Shown: piece after piece, positions 26,173-34,379 of the stretch
Layout: each line of letters opens with the position of its first letter
Position numbering within the stretch: the first letter of the stretch is position 1
DNA from: Thermoplasmata archaeon
Lineage (GTDB): Archaea > Thermoplasmatota > Thermoplasmata > RBG-16-68-12 > JAJISG01
Assembly: GCA_046759185.1 (NCBI GenBank)
Contig: JBHIBO010000006.1
Location: forward strand, 992 to 64,991
Length of the DNA stretch: 64,000 bases
Direction of reading: 5' to 3'
The notes under the pieces: model-generated
The model's input: the letters and a program-made list of their open reading frames with translations, nothing else
The model's database searches: none
What the model was told of the DNA's origin: nothing
Translations under genes and position numbers: made by a program

Positions 26173-26241
26173 ATGCGTTGGAAGTGGCGGAAGAAGCGCA
26201 TGCGCCGCCGCAAGCGCCAGCAGCGGATGCGCCAACGCTAA
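26173..26241 (+). CDS. rpl41e: 50S ribosomal protein L41e (22 aa from the ATG; a possible N-terminal extension; not in the ORF track)
   Basis: ATG CGT TGG AAG TGG CGG AAG AAG CGC ATG CGC CGC CGC AAG CGC CAG CAG CGG ATG CGC CAA CGC TAA gives [22 protein letters not shown], matching archaeal/eukaryotic L41e ([23 protein letters not shown]). The upstream in-frame sequence ...AWKKRGK also resembles longer archaeal L41e forms but has no canonical start. Confidence 0.7.
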   Translation: [22 protein letters not shown]

Positions 26242-26245
26242 CCGT

Positions 26246-26411
26246 GGGGGCATGGGGTAGCCCGGGATCCTGGCGGGCTCCAGTTAACATGGGGATGAAT
26301 CGCAACGGGTTTGCTGAGTCGTGATGAATAACTGGAGCGATGACCCGACGGACCTCGGTCCGTCCGTGTAGGCGAAACCCGCTGACGGGGGTTCAAATCC
26401 CTCTGCCCCCA
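26246..26411 (+). tRNA. tRNA-Trp(CCA) with a 93-nt intron after position 37 (about 26284..26376)
   Basis: Acceptor GGGGGCA/TGCCCCC plus discriminator A. D-arm GGGT AGCCCGGG ATCC. Anticodon stem GCGGG (26273-77)/CCCGC (26378-82). The loop CTCCAG|intron|A is CUCCAGA, the same loop recalled for Haloferax tRNA-Trp, with anticodon CCA at 26280-82. T-arm GGGGG TTCAAAT CCCTC. It starts 4 nt after the rpl41e stop. Confidence 0.8.
26291..26345 (+). ncRNA. Box C/D sRNA embedded in the tRNA-Trp intron, with guides for ribose methylation at tRNA positions 34 and 39
   Basis: Box C-like GGGATGAA (26292-99) and box D' CTGA (26314-17), with the 5th nt upstream of D' (G26309) pairing C26378, which is tRNA position 39. 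Box C' GTGATGA (26321-27). A D-like ATGA (26340-43), with the 5th nt upstream (G26335) pairing C26280, which is C34 of the CCA anticodon. Guide complementarities are 10 nt (GCTCCAGTTA across the exon1/intron junction) and 7 nt (AAACCCG in exon 2). Confidence 0.6.
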
Positions 26412-26423
26412 CTCCTCCAGGCC

Positions 26424-26738
26424 TCACCGGTCCTTTCGACTTGTCTGGGAGCGGTCAAGACGCGCTCCGTTGAACCCGTTCCAGCGTTCCAGGTGCTTCT
26501 TCAAACGCGACAGTCCGGGGTGGTGTCGGTCCAAGAACTCAACCTTTCTCAGATACCAGACGGCGTGCTTGCGGTGGCCCTCCTCCGCGTACAGGGCTGC
26601 CAGGGCCATGAGCGCCTCAGCATCCAGGGGGTCCTCCCGCAGCTTGGCCAAGCACGCCAAGTACGCCGCCGCCTGTTCGTCCAAAGGGTGCCTCCGCCCC
26701 GCACGGGGGGAGGGCCGCCTATATACTCCACGACACAA
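26424..26738 (-). CDS. Small TPR-like helical protein (hypothetical)
   Basis: 104 aa. AAYLACLAKLREDPLDAEALMALAALYAEEGHRKHAVWYLRKVEFLD resembles a TPR pair. It overlaps a long opposite-strand shadow ORF. Confidence 0.35.
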   Translation of the reverse strand: MCRGVYRRPSPRAGRRHPLDEQAAAYLACLAKLREDPLDAEALMALAALYAEEGHRKHAVWYLRKVEFLDRHHPGLSRLKKHLERWNGFNGARLDRSQTSRKDR

Positions 26739-26794
26739 TTCTCACGAACGGCACAATTGGTCCCATCGGGATGTGAGGCTGAGAAGGACGTCGG

Positions 26795-28150
26795 ATGAGC
26801 CTGGAAGACGAGATCCTGGACGAGATCAAGCCCACCCGCGAGGAGGTCGAGGAGACTCTTCGCATCGCGGAATCTCTCCTTCGCCTTCTCGCCGAAGATG
26901 CCCGGAAAAAGAAGATTCCCGGGCGGCCCCTTCTCGTGGGGTCCGTCGCCAAGGGAACCTACCTCAAGAACCCCGAGATCGACGCCTTCTTCGCCTTCCC
27001 CCCGGAGACCTCCCGAGCGGACCTCGAGCGGTGGGGTCTCCAATTGGGACAGGTCCTGGACAAACCCACCCTCCGATATGCTGAGCATCCCTACACTCGA
27101 GGAGTCTACCTGGGCCTCGAGGCCGACGTGGTTCCCTGTTACGAGCTCGACCGGCCCTCGGCCCGCATGACGGCGGTGGACCGGACCCCGTTCCACTACG
27201 AGTACGTGCGCGAACACATGAGCGGGCCTCAGAAGGACCAGGTCCGCCTCCTTAAGCGTTTCATGAAGGGAATCGGCACGTACGGGGCCGAGGCCCGCGT
27301 GCAGGGGTTCTCTGGCTATCTGTGCGAGCTCCTCGTACTCCGGTGGGGCGCCTTCGGAACGGTCCTGGAGGGAGGGGCTCGGTGGCACCCCCCGGTCACT
27401 CTGGAGCTGGAGACGGAGAGTCACAGAGACTTCGAGGAGCCCTTTGTCTTCGTGGACCCAGTCGACGCGGACAGGAACGCCGCCTCGGCCGTCTCCGCCC
27501 ACGCCCTCGCCACCTTCATTCTGGCCGCGAAGGCCTACCGGGATCGTCCCGACCGTCGATTCTTCTTCCCCGAGCCCGTCCGGCCCCTCTCCCTGACAGC
27601 TCTTCGAAAGGAGCTGCGGAGGCGAGGCACCTCCATCATGGGGATCACCGCCTCGGTGCCGGATTTGTCCGAGGACATCGTCTATCCCCAGCTCCGCAAG
27701 GCAGAGCAGGCCGTCCTGGCCTTCCTCAGAGGGGAGGAGTTCCGCGTCCTGCGTTCGCAGCCCTTCCTCCTCGGGGAAGCGTGGCTCATCCTCCTCGAGC
27801 TCGTGACCGGAGAGCTTCCTCCCGTTCGCAAACACCTCGGACCCCCCACGTGGCTGGACCACGCCGAGGCGTTTCGGGCGAAGTGGGAGGGATCGCCTCT
27901 GCGCGTCGCAGGTCCCTATGTCGAGGGCGAACGGCTCGTGGTGGATGTACGGAGGGAAGAGCCGAAGGCATCGGGGGCCCTGGCGAAAGGCCTCATGAAA
28001 CTGAGCCTGGGGAAGAACCTCGACCGAGCCGTCAAGGAGGCCTTTCAGGTATTGGAGGGGGAGGAGGTCGCCCGGGCCGGATACCGAGGGCCCCTCACGG
28101 AGTTCTTGAGGCGAGACCTGCCGTGGGAGGTCAGGAAGTCGCCACGATGA
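26795..28150 (+). CDS. cca: CCA-adding tRNA nucleotidyltransferase (archaeal class I)
   Basis: 451 aa. LLVGSVAKGTYLKNPEIDAFFAFP ... RYAEHPYTRGVYLGLEADVVPCY ... AVDRTPFHYEYV ... RLLKRFMKGIGTYGAEARVQGFSGYLCELLVL are the hallmark blocks of archaeal Cca. Confidence 0.9.
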   Translation: MSLEDEILDEIKPTREEVEETLRIAESLLRLLAEDARKKKIPGRPLLVGSVAKGTYLKNPEIDAFFAFPPETSRADLERWGLQLGQVLDKPTLRYAEHPYTRGVYLGLEADVVPCYELDRPSARMTAVDRTPFHYEYVREHMSGPQKDQVRLLKRFMKGIGTYGAEARVQGFSGYLCELLVLRWGAFGTVLEGGARWHPPVTLELETESHRDFEEPFVFVDPVDADRNAASAVSAHALATFILAAKAYRDRPDRRFFFPEPVRPLSLTALRKELRRRGTSIMGITASVPDLSEDIVYPQLRKAEQAVLAFLRGEEFRVLRSQPFLLGEAWLILLELVTGELPPVRKHLGPPTWLDHAEAFRAKWEGSPLRVAGPYVEGERLVVDVRREEPKASGALAKGLMKLSLGKNLDRAVKEAFQVLEGEEVARAGYRGPLTEFLRRDLPWEVRKSPR

Positions 28151-28814
28151 AATCGGAGCTACTCCGATGTCCCGCGCGATCGACGGCATCGATGGTTAAC
28201 GTATAGGTGCGCCCAGGCTCGGCGGGGTCTACGGTGAAGGACCATTCCGCCCCGTTCCCCGTGAACGTCATTTGACCACCCGGCTGTTCGCCCCCCCCGA
28301 CGACGACGCTGATCCGGACGTCCGCGAGCTGCTGGTTGTCCGTGACGTTGGCGAGCACCTGGAAGCTCGTAGCACCTCCGAGGGAGAGGGCGCTGAATTC
28401 GTCGGCGGCGAGGTTCACGGGGTCCCCCCCAGGCACGGCGAGGTTGTGGATCACAGGCGGCGAGACGTCGAGGAAGGGAGGGTTGAGGAGGAGGACCCAG
28501 AAGGCAAACCAGGCGAAGAGGTGGATGGCCCCGTTACCGGCCCAGAGCTTCCAATCAAACCTGGACAGGTCAACGCCGGCGAGGGGGTAGACATAGCGGA
28601 GTCCGTAGACGGCCGCGAGACCCAAGAGACCGCCGAGGGAGGCCACGCCCGCGAGGGTGAGCGCCCAGGATGCAAGGGCCACGGCAAAGGCGTACACGAT
28701 CGTAATCATCGCGGCCTTGGCCCCCTCCACCTCCCTCTTCATGAATTCGACTTCGTCGAACTCTGGGGCTTTGAACTCGAACGGTTCCTTCTTCTTCCGC
28801 TTCTTCCGGGCCAA
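28131..28814 (-). CDS. Membrane protein with a Lys-rich N-terminus, three TM helices and a C-terminal beta-rich (Ig-like) domain
   Basis: 227 aa. MARKKRKKKEPFEF..., then hydrophobic helices, then a Gly/Thr/Val-rich C-terminal domain. Confidence 0.5.
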   Translation of the reverse strand: MARKKRKKKEPFEFKAPEFDEVEFMKREVEGAKAAMITIVYAFAVALASWALTLAGVASLGGLLGLAAVYGLRYVYPLAGVDLSRFDWKLWAGNGAIHLFAWFAFWVLLLNPPFLDVSPPVIHNLAVPGGDPVNLAADEFSALSLGGATSFQVLANVTDNQQLADVRISVVVGGGEQPGGQMTFTGNGAEWSFTVDPAEPGRTYTLTIDAVDRAGHRSSSDFIVATS

Positions 28815-28945
28815 ACGCCTTTGGAAGGTAAGTCGGGCTTAAACCCTTTGCCGGGGCCTGGCCAGGGCCGTCGAGGTCCGATCTTCGGGGCCTGCCTTGA
28901 GAGGTTTATACCCCCTCAGGCCCTCCCTCTCGCATCGGCAAGGGG

Positions 28946-29128
28946 GTGCGCATGGACGAACGGGGGACCGCGGAAGCCTCCTGTCTTCACGAGGAGGTCG
29001 AGTTCTTGGGCGAGGACTCCGGCCGGAATCGGTACTCGCGGTGCCGAGCCTGCGCCTCCATCCTGATCCACGACAACGTCAAGGTCTGGGTCCTCCGGCC
29101 CGGGGGACCCCTTGAACCCCACGAATAA
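28946..29128 (+). CDS. Putative small zinc-ribbon protein
   Basis: 60 aa with C..H...C..C spacing (CLHEEVEF...YSRCRACASILIH). A TATA-like GGTTTATACC at about 28897 sits upstream. Weak. Confidence 0.3.
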   Translation: MRMDERGTAEASCLHEEVEFLGEDSGRNRYSRCRACASILIHDNVKVWVLRPGGPLEPHE

Positions 29129-29185
29129 GTCGGGTATATTCACAGAATTTATGCCCTATTACGATATATACCATATGGGTTCGCC

Positions 29186-30250
29186 ATGGAGAGCCGCAAA
29201 ATCCAGAAGGTAGGCGTCTCGACCCTGACCATCTCCCTCCCCAAGGAGTGGACCGAGGCGCAGGAGCTGCAGAAGGGCGATCAGGTCTTTCTCGAGCGTG
29301 AAGGGGACTCCCTCCGGCTGTTGGCGCCGGACGGTGCGCGCCGGAGGCTCGAGCGCCCCACACCCGACTACATTATCGACGCCGAGGCGATGGCGGAGCC
29401 GGGGATGCTCAGCCGTGTCGTGGTTGGGAACTACGTCCTGGGGCGCGAGCGGCTGGTCATCCGGTCGTCCACCCGTCTGAGCAGCGCCCACCTCGAGGAG
29501 CTGCGCGAGGTGGTTCGGCGCCTCATGGGCCTGGGCATCCTCGAGGAGACGGGGCGTCAAGCGGTCCTTCAGTGCTCCATCGAGCCCTCTAAGTTCCCCA
29601 TGGACTCCCTGATCAAGCGACTCTACAACCTGGGGAAGACGATGCTCCATGACGCCGTGGAGGCCCTCGTCACCCAGGACAGGTCCCTCGCCGAGGACGC
29701 CCTCCGGCGCGAGGACGACGCGGACATGATCTATTGGCTCCTGGTCCGATTGGTCCTCTCTGCGCAGCAGGACGACTCACTCGTCACGAAGCTGGGCATG
29801 GAGAACCGGCTGAACAACGCCGGGTACCGCCTCATCGCCAAGGAACTCGAGACCGTGGCCGACTGCGCGGCCACGGTAGCCAACGCGGTCCTGCACCTCC
29901 TGGATGAGGAGGCAAAGATCCCGCCACGCATCCTCGGCTCCTTGGCGGACCATGCCCAGGGGGCCGCAGGGCTTTACGGAGATGGGCTGGCTGCCCTCAT
30001 CACTCGCGACTTGAAGCTCGCCAACCGGACCGCGGATGCGAGTCGGGAGCTCGAGGGACGCCTGGCCGACTTCATGACACACGTGTTTGGACAGGTCCGG
30101 AAACCGGAGACTCTAGTCGACCTGAGGACCATCGTGGGCAACCTCTCTCGCATCTGTGAGTACTCCCACTCCATCTCCAACATTGCCTTCAATCGTTACC
30201 TCGAGCGGTCGACGGCCCTCTGTCGCGCTGTCGTGCCTGAAGAGGCCTGA
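29186..30250 (+). CDS. PhoU-family phosphate uptake regulator with an N-terminal AbrB/SpoVT-like DNA-binding domain
   Basis: 354 aa. The N-terminus MESRKIQKVGVSTLTISLPKEWTEAQELQKGDQVFLEREGDSLRL has a swapped-hairpin AbrB-like fold. It is followed by two PhoU-like helical repeats (EDDADMIYWLLVRL...). Confidence 0.75.
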   Translation: MESRKIQKVGVSTLTISLPKEWTEAQELQKGDQVFLEREGDSLRLLAPDGARRRLERPTPDYIIDAEAMAEPGMLSRVVVGNYVLGRERLVIRSSTRLSSAHLEELREVVRRLMGLGILEETGRQAVLQCSIEPSKFPMDSLIKRLYNLGKTMLHDAVEALVTQDRSLAEDALRREDDADMIYWLLVRLVLSAQQDDSLVTKLGMENRLNNAGYRLIAKELETVADCAATVANAVLHLLDEEAKIPPRILGSLADHAQGAAGLYGDGLAALITRDLKLANRTADASRELEGRLADFMTHVFGQVRKPETLVDLRTIVGNLSRICEYSHSISNIAFNRYLERSTALCRAVVPEEA

Positions 30251-30297
30251 CCCGGACTCAAAAAGGGTTAAATCACCCGAGTCGGGTCTCGCCCTTC

Positions 30298-30573
30298 ATG
30301 GCAGACAAGGGACGAACCGAGATTCCGAAGCGCGCCATCGCCTTTTTCGTGGCCATCGGCATCCTTCTACTCTGGCTCGGACTCCTCCTAATCACGTTGA
30401 ACGGAACGACCCTCCGCGATGCCGGTGTAATTCTCGGCATCACGGGGGCACTCTTCGCCTTCGTCGTCGCCCTCGGGGGAGCCCTGGGCAGCAAGCGAAC
30501 AACGGACTACCAGAATCTCGGACTCCTCATCGTGGCGGCAGCCCTACTCCTGGTGGCCGTAGGCCTGGTGTAG
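30298..30573 (+). CDS. Small two- or three-helix membrane protein (hypothetical)
   Basis: 91 aa. Strongly hydrophobic. Confidence 0.35.
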   Translation: MADKGRTEIPKRAIAFFVAIGILLLWLGLLLITLNGTTLRDAGVILGITGALFAFVVALGGALGSKRTTDYQNLGLLIVAAALLLVAVGLV

Positions 30574-30576
30574 CCC

Positions 30577-31431
30577 CTAGCTGAGTTCCTGAAGACCCTG
30601 GGCGACCTCCGGGGCGACCGAGACCGCGCTGTACTCGCTCGAGACGGTGTCCGTGGCCACCACTGTCCCGAAGACGTTGAGACGCTCCTTCGCCCCGCCT
30701 ACAAAGAGTCCATGAACGCAACCCGCGACGAGGGCCTTGGAGCCTTGATCCTTGACGATCCGCGCGGCGCTGACCATGGTGCCGCCCGTGGACACGACGT
30801 CGTCCACGATGGCGACGTGGCGACCCTGGACCTCCAGGGCCTTCTCTTCCGTCTCGACCGTCCAGCTGTCGAGCCGCTCCTTCTTCAGGTAGTCCCACGG
30901 GATCTGCATGAGGTCGCCGACCGTCTGAGCGTGACGCGCCGCGTTCTCGTCCGGTGCTAGGACCATTTCCACCCCCAGTTCTTCGAAACGTCGCGCGAGG
31001 GCAGGCATGCCGGTGACGTCGAGGGCCGGGATGTCGAAGTAGTCCATCACGCGCTCGTTGTGTACGTCCACCGTGACCAAAGCGTCCGCACCAAGCTCCA
31101 GGCGCTTTGCCACCGCCCGGGAGCTGATGGCCTCTCCGGGTTGGAACCGTTTGTCCTGTCGGCCGTACCCGAAGTATGGGACCACCACCGTAACGCGGCC
31201 TGGGGCGGCATCTCCGAGGGCGTCCTGCAGGAGGAAGAGCTCGAGAAGCTTGTCGTTGGGATAGGTCGTCTGGACCAGGGCGAGCTCCTCTCCCGCCACC
31301 TCGTCTGGCACGCGCACGTGAAGCTCCCCATCGGCAAACGTCCGGACCTCTGCGACGACGAGATCGGCGGAGAGCTTCCGGGCCAGCTCCCTTGCCAGCG
31401 GGACCGAGGCAGAGCCGCTCACGACCTTCAC
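30577..31431 (-). CDS. prs: Ribose-phosphate pyrophosphokinase (PRPP synthetase)
   Basis: 284 aa. MKVVSGSASVPLARELARKL and the PRPP-binding loop HVAIVDDVVSTGGTM are present. Confidence 0.9.
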   Translation of the reverse strand: MKVVSGSASVPLARELARKLSADLVVAEVRTFADGELHVRVPDEVAGEELALVQTTYPNDKLLELFLLQDALGDAAPGRVTVVVPYFGYGRQDKRFQPGEAISSRAVAKRLELGADALVTVDVHNERVMDYFDIPALDVTGMPALARRFEELGVEMVLAPDENAARHAQTVGDLMQIPWDYLKKERLDSWTVETEEKALEVQGRHVAIVDDVVSTGGTMVSAARIVKDQGSKALVAGCVHGLFVGGAKERLNVFGTVVATDTVSSEYSAVSVAPEVAQGLQELS

Positions 31432-31462
31432 AGGACGACCCGTGGGGAGAAAGGGTCCGTAA

Positions 31463-32065
31463 TTATAGGTTGCTTCGGGGGTTCGGGTTCCCCCTGTCGG
31501 ACCTCAGGCGTAGCCCGTAGACGGTGATGTCCTCGAAGAAGAGAGCCTCCGTCGCCAACTCTTCCGTCTTGAAGGCAGTCCGTGCCACGCGGAGGCCTTC
31601 TCGGTTCTGAGCGGACAGGAGCAGGTACATGACCCCCCCTTCGGCCAGGTACCCGGGTGCATCACGGAGGAAGCGGAGTACGACCTCGTCGCCACCCATC
31701 CCCCCGCTCCACGCATGGTCGAGCCACTCGCCCCGGGGGTTGAGAGGAAGGTAGGGAGGATTGAACGCGATGACATCGAAGGACCCATGGAGCCCTTGGA
31801 AGAGATCTGCACGGATGACATGGAGGGGCAGGCCGTTCCGCTGGGCGTTGGCTCGGGCGAGGGACACGGCGAACGGGCTGATGTCCGTGGCCACGGTCCG
31901 AACGGCCCGGGCTGCATGGAGGGCAATGAGGCCTGTGCCCGTCCCGATTTCCAGGAAGGAGGAGGTTTGCGCGATGTCAATCGCACGAAGGAGGAGGTAG
32001 CTGTCTTCCGCGGGGCGGTAGACTTGGTTATCCTCCTTGACATGGATTGCGGGGTCCAGCTCCAC
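31463..32065 (-). CDS. HemK/Mtq2-family N5-glutamine methyltransferase (release-factor methyltransferase-like)
   Basis: 200 aa. VYRPAEDSYLL ... LEIGTGTGLIAL (motif I) ... NPPY (substrate Gln/Asn-binding motif). Confidence 0.8.
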   Translation of the reverse strand: MELDPAIHVKEDNQVYRPAEDSYLLLRAIDIAQTSSFLEIGTGTGLIALHAARAVRTVATDISPFAVSLARANAQRNGLPLHVIRADLFQGLHGSFDVIAFNPPYLPLNPRGEWLDHAWSGGMGGDEVVLRFLRDAPGYLAEGGVMYLLLSAQNREGLRVARTAFKTEELATEALFFEDITVYGLRLRSDRGNPNPRSNL

Positions 32066-32115
32066 GTCATTCCAGCTCGGCCAAGGTTCATAACAGTTCC
32101 TCGCCTGGTTTTGAC

Positions 32116-33003
32116 GTGCTCTGGATCGTCCTTCTCGTTCTGGCTGTGGCCGCCGCCAGCTTCCTCTATCCCCTCCTCCGGAAGAGCTACTTCACCGCCT
32201 CTCTCGTCCTCGCGAACCTCGGCCTCTTTCTGTTCCTCTTCCTGCTCCTCAGCTTCAGCACCGATCCGGCCCTGGTGGCCTTCGTCAGGGAAAACCTCCT
32301 GTTCAAACCCCAGGACCTCGTGGAATTCCGCCCTTGGACCCTCATCACGAGCATGTTCCTCCACGCGAGCGTCCTCCACGTGGTCTTCAACATCCTCTTC
32401 CTCTACCTCCTGGGACTCCCCCTCGAGGATCGAATCGGGGGCCGCGCCTTCGCCAGTCTCTATCTCGCGGCCGGCCTCGCGGCCTCGCTTCTCTTCGCCC
32501 TGGTGGAGTGGGGGAGCCCCGTGCCTGCCCTCGGGGCCTCGGGAGCCATCATGGGCATCGCCGGCGCCTTCCTCGCGTTGTATCCGCGGGAGCGGATTTT
32601 CTTCATCCTGTTCATCCTCATCCTCCCCCGAGTACGCGTTTTCCTGGCCGTCGGCGTAGTGATTCTCGGCGAGGCCCTGCTCCTCTTCTTCGGGGTGCAA
32701 GACGGCGTCGCCCACGCGGCCCACATGGGAGGGATTGGCTTCGGCATCGCGATGGCATCCCTGATTCGTGGCCGCAAGCAGCGCGCAGCAGCCCCCCTCC
32801 CCGCCCTCGCCTTGGACGACCTGGCGACGACGGAAGAGCTCCGCGGCATTCTCTCCCGGATCCAGGAGGAAAGCGTGGGGGAGGTCCGAGACGCCTGGGT
32901 CGACCACTTCCTCGAGAAGGCCCGATGTCCCCAATGCCGGGGGCGCCTCCACCGCAAGGGCCAGGTCGTCACTAGCGATTGTGGCTGGGAACGACATGTC
33001 TGA
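32116..33003 (+). CDS. Rhomboid-family intramembrane serine protease with a C-terminal zinc-ribbon
   Basis: GASGAIMGIAGAF (catalytic Ser) and AHMGG (catalytic His) are present. The C-terminus carries CPQCRGRLHRKGQVVTSDCGWERH. The start was moved to the in-frame GTG at 32116 to avoid overlapping the divergent HemK-like gene start. The track start is 32047. Confidence 0.7.
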   Translation: MLWIVLLVLAVAAASFLYPLLRKSYFTASLVLANLGLFLFLFLLLSFSTDPALVAFVRENLLFKPQDLVEFRPWTLITSMFLHASVLHVVFNILFLYLLGLPLEDRIGGRAFASLYLAAGLAASLLFALVEWGSPVPALGASGAIMGIAGAFLALYPRERIFFILFILILPRVRVFLAVGVVILGEALLLFFGVQDGVAHAAHMGGIGFGIAMASLIRGRKQRAAAPLPALALDDLATTEELRGILSRIQEESVGEVRDAWVDHFLEKARCPQCRGRLHRKGQVVTSDCGWERHV

Positions 33004-33045
33004 CCTTCGACTGCCTTATACCCTCACCTCGATTATGGAACCGGG

Positions 33046-33666
33046 ATGGAGCCCCCGAGCGCCCTCCACCTGGATTGTCCCAACTGCGGGCGGGGACCCC
33101 ATCGCGTCCTCCGGGGTCGCGTCTCCCGAGGTCGAGAACTCGTTCTCGAAGGGGTGTTCCGCTGTCTCCGTTGCGGTAACACTCGCAGCGAGACGTACCG
33201 GGACTGGGCTCCCCTCCCGATTCCCCTAGTGCTCAGCGATGGGAGCGCCTCGCGGCGGGTCACGGTTGACCTCTTTCCCGGCGAGGAGGTCCGGGTAGGG
33301 GACATCATAGAGGCGGACGGACGGAGCGTACGTATCACCGCCATCGACACAGGGGAGAAGCGGGTCAGAGAGGCCCCCGTGGAGGCGATTACCACCCTCT
33401 GGAGCCAACAGGCCGACCGGTTGACCGTCAAGTTCTCGCTGAACAAGGGCCGGAGGACGGTGCCCTACGAGGTCCCCGCGCCGCCCGAGGAGGAGTTCGC
33501 GGTCGGCGATCTTGTCCACCTCGGCCGGGACTCCGGAGTCATTCACCGGATCAAGACGCTGCGAGGAACCGTCCGAGATGGAGCGGTCCAGGCCCAGGAC
33601 ATCGTACGTGTGTACTGCCGGACTGTCCGCCGGCCCCGTTCGTACCGAAGGGCGCGGAGAGGGTGA
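33046..33666 (+). CDS. Archaeal zinc-finger/zinc-ribbon protein
   Basis: 206 aa. N-terminal CPNCG...x22...CLRCG ribbon, then a beta-rich domain and a basic C-tail. Its stop directly abuts the pcm start (tgaATG). Confidence 0.5.
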   Translation: MEPPSALHLDCPNCGRGPHRVLRGRVSRGRELVLEGVFRCLRCGNTRSETYRDWAPLPIPLVLSDGSASRRVTVDLFPGEEVRVGDIIEADGRSVRITAIDTGEKRVREAPVEAITTLWSQQADRLTVKFSLNKGRRTVPYEVPAPPEEEFAVGDLVHLGRDSGVIHRIKTLRGTVRDGAVQAQDIVRVYCRTVRRPRSYRRARRG

Positions 33667-34323
33667 ATGGCCGACGAGTTCGAGGAGAGACGAGGCCGGA
33701 TGGTGGAGCGGCTCGTCCAGAACGGTGTCCTCCAGACCCCCCGGGTCATCGAAGCCATGCGGGCCGTCCCCAGGCACCTCTTTGTCCCGCGGCGACTGCG
33801 GGAGAGTGCGTACTACGATACGCCCCTGGGCATCGGCTCCGGTCAGACCATTTCCGCCCCTCACATGGTGGGAATGATGCTGGAATACCTGGACCTGAAG
33901 GGGGGTCAGCGCGTCCTCGAGATCGGGGGTGGATCCGGATACCACGCCGCCTTGGTGGCCCACGTCGTAGGCCCGGAGGGGCAGGTATTCGCAATCGAAC
34001 GCATCGGCTCCCTAGCCAAGAAGGCGCGGGCCCGCATCGAGACCCTTGGCCTGGGGGATCGGATTAAGGTCCTGGTACGGGACGGTTCGCGGGGACTGGC
34101 GGAGCAAGCGCCCTTCGACCGGATCTTCGTCTCCTGCGGCGCGCCCGAGATCCCGCCGCCCCTCGTGGACAACCTGCGGGAGGGAGGCAAGCTCCTCGTC
34201 CCCGTCGGAACCCGCTACTTCCAGGACCTCGTCCTCGGGGAGAAGGCGGGCGAAGAGCTGCGGACACGAAACTTGGGTGGCGTGGTGTTCGTCCCTCTCG
34301 TCGGCGAGCATGGCTTCGATTGA
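33667..34323 (+). CDS. pcm: Protein-L-isoaspartate O-methyltransferase
   Basis: 218 aa. LGIGSGQTISAPHMVGMMLEYLDLKGGQRVLEIGGGSGYHAALVA is the canonical PIMT motif set. Confidence 0.9.
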   Translation: MADEFEERRGRMVERLVQNGVLQTPRVIEAMRAVPRHLFVPRRLRESAYYDTPLGIGSGQTISAPHMVGMMLEYLDLKGGQRVLEIGGGSGYHAALVAHVVGPEGQVFAIERIGSLAKKARARIETLGLGDRIKVLVRDGSRGLAEQAPFDRIFVSCGAPEIPPPLVDNLREGGKLLVPVGTRYFQDLVLGEKAGEELRTRNLGGVVFVPLVGEHGFD

Positions 34324-34379
34324 AACGGTGAATCGCGGTCCCCGAGGTTTTTAGCCTCCCTTCACCGTCTTACCATGGG

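Noticed and set aside
26549-28189. 546-aa ORF antisense to the CCA-adding enzyme
   Set aside because: It is a shadow ORF. The plus-strand product matches archaeal Cca block by block.
32047-32115. Rhomboid start at 32047 overlapping the divergent HemK-like start codon by 19 nt
   Set aside because: Divergent genes sharing 5' coding sequence is implausible. An in-frame GTG at 32116 immediately precedes the first TM helix, so the shorter model was preferred, though with uncertainty.
31504-32997. 497-aa ORF antisense to the rhomboid protease and HemK-like genes
   Set aside because: It is a low-complexity Gly/Arg/Pro/Glu-rich translation with no domains. It fully overlaps two well-supported genes on the other strand. 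It is a typical GC-rich shadow ORF.
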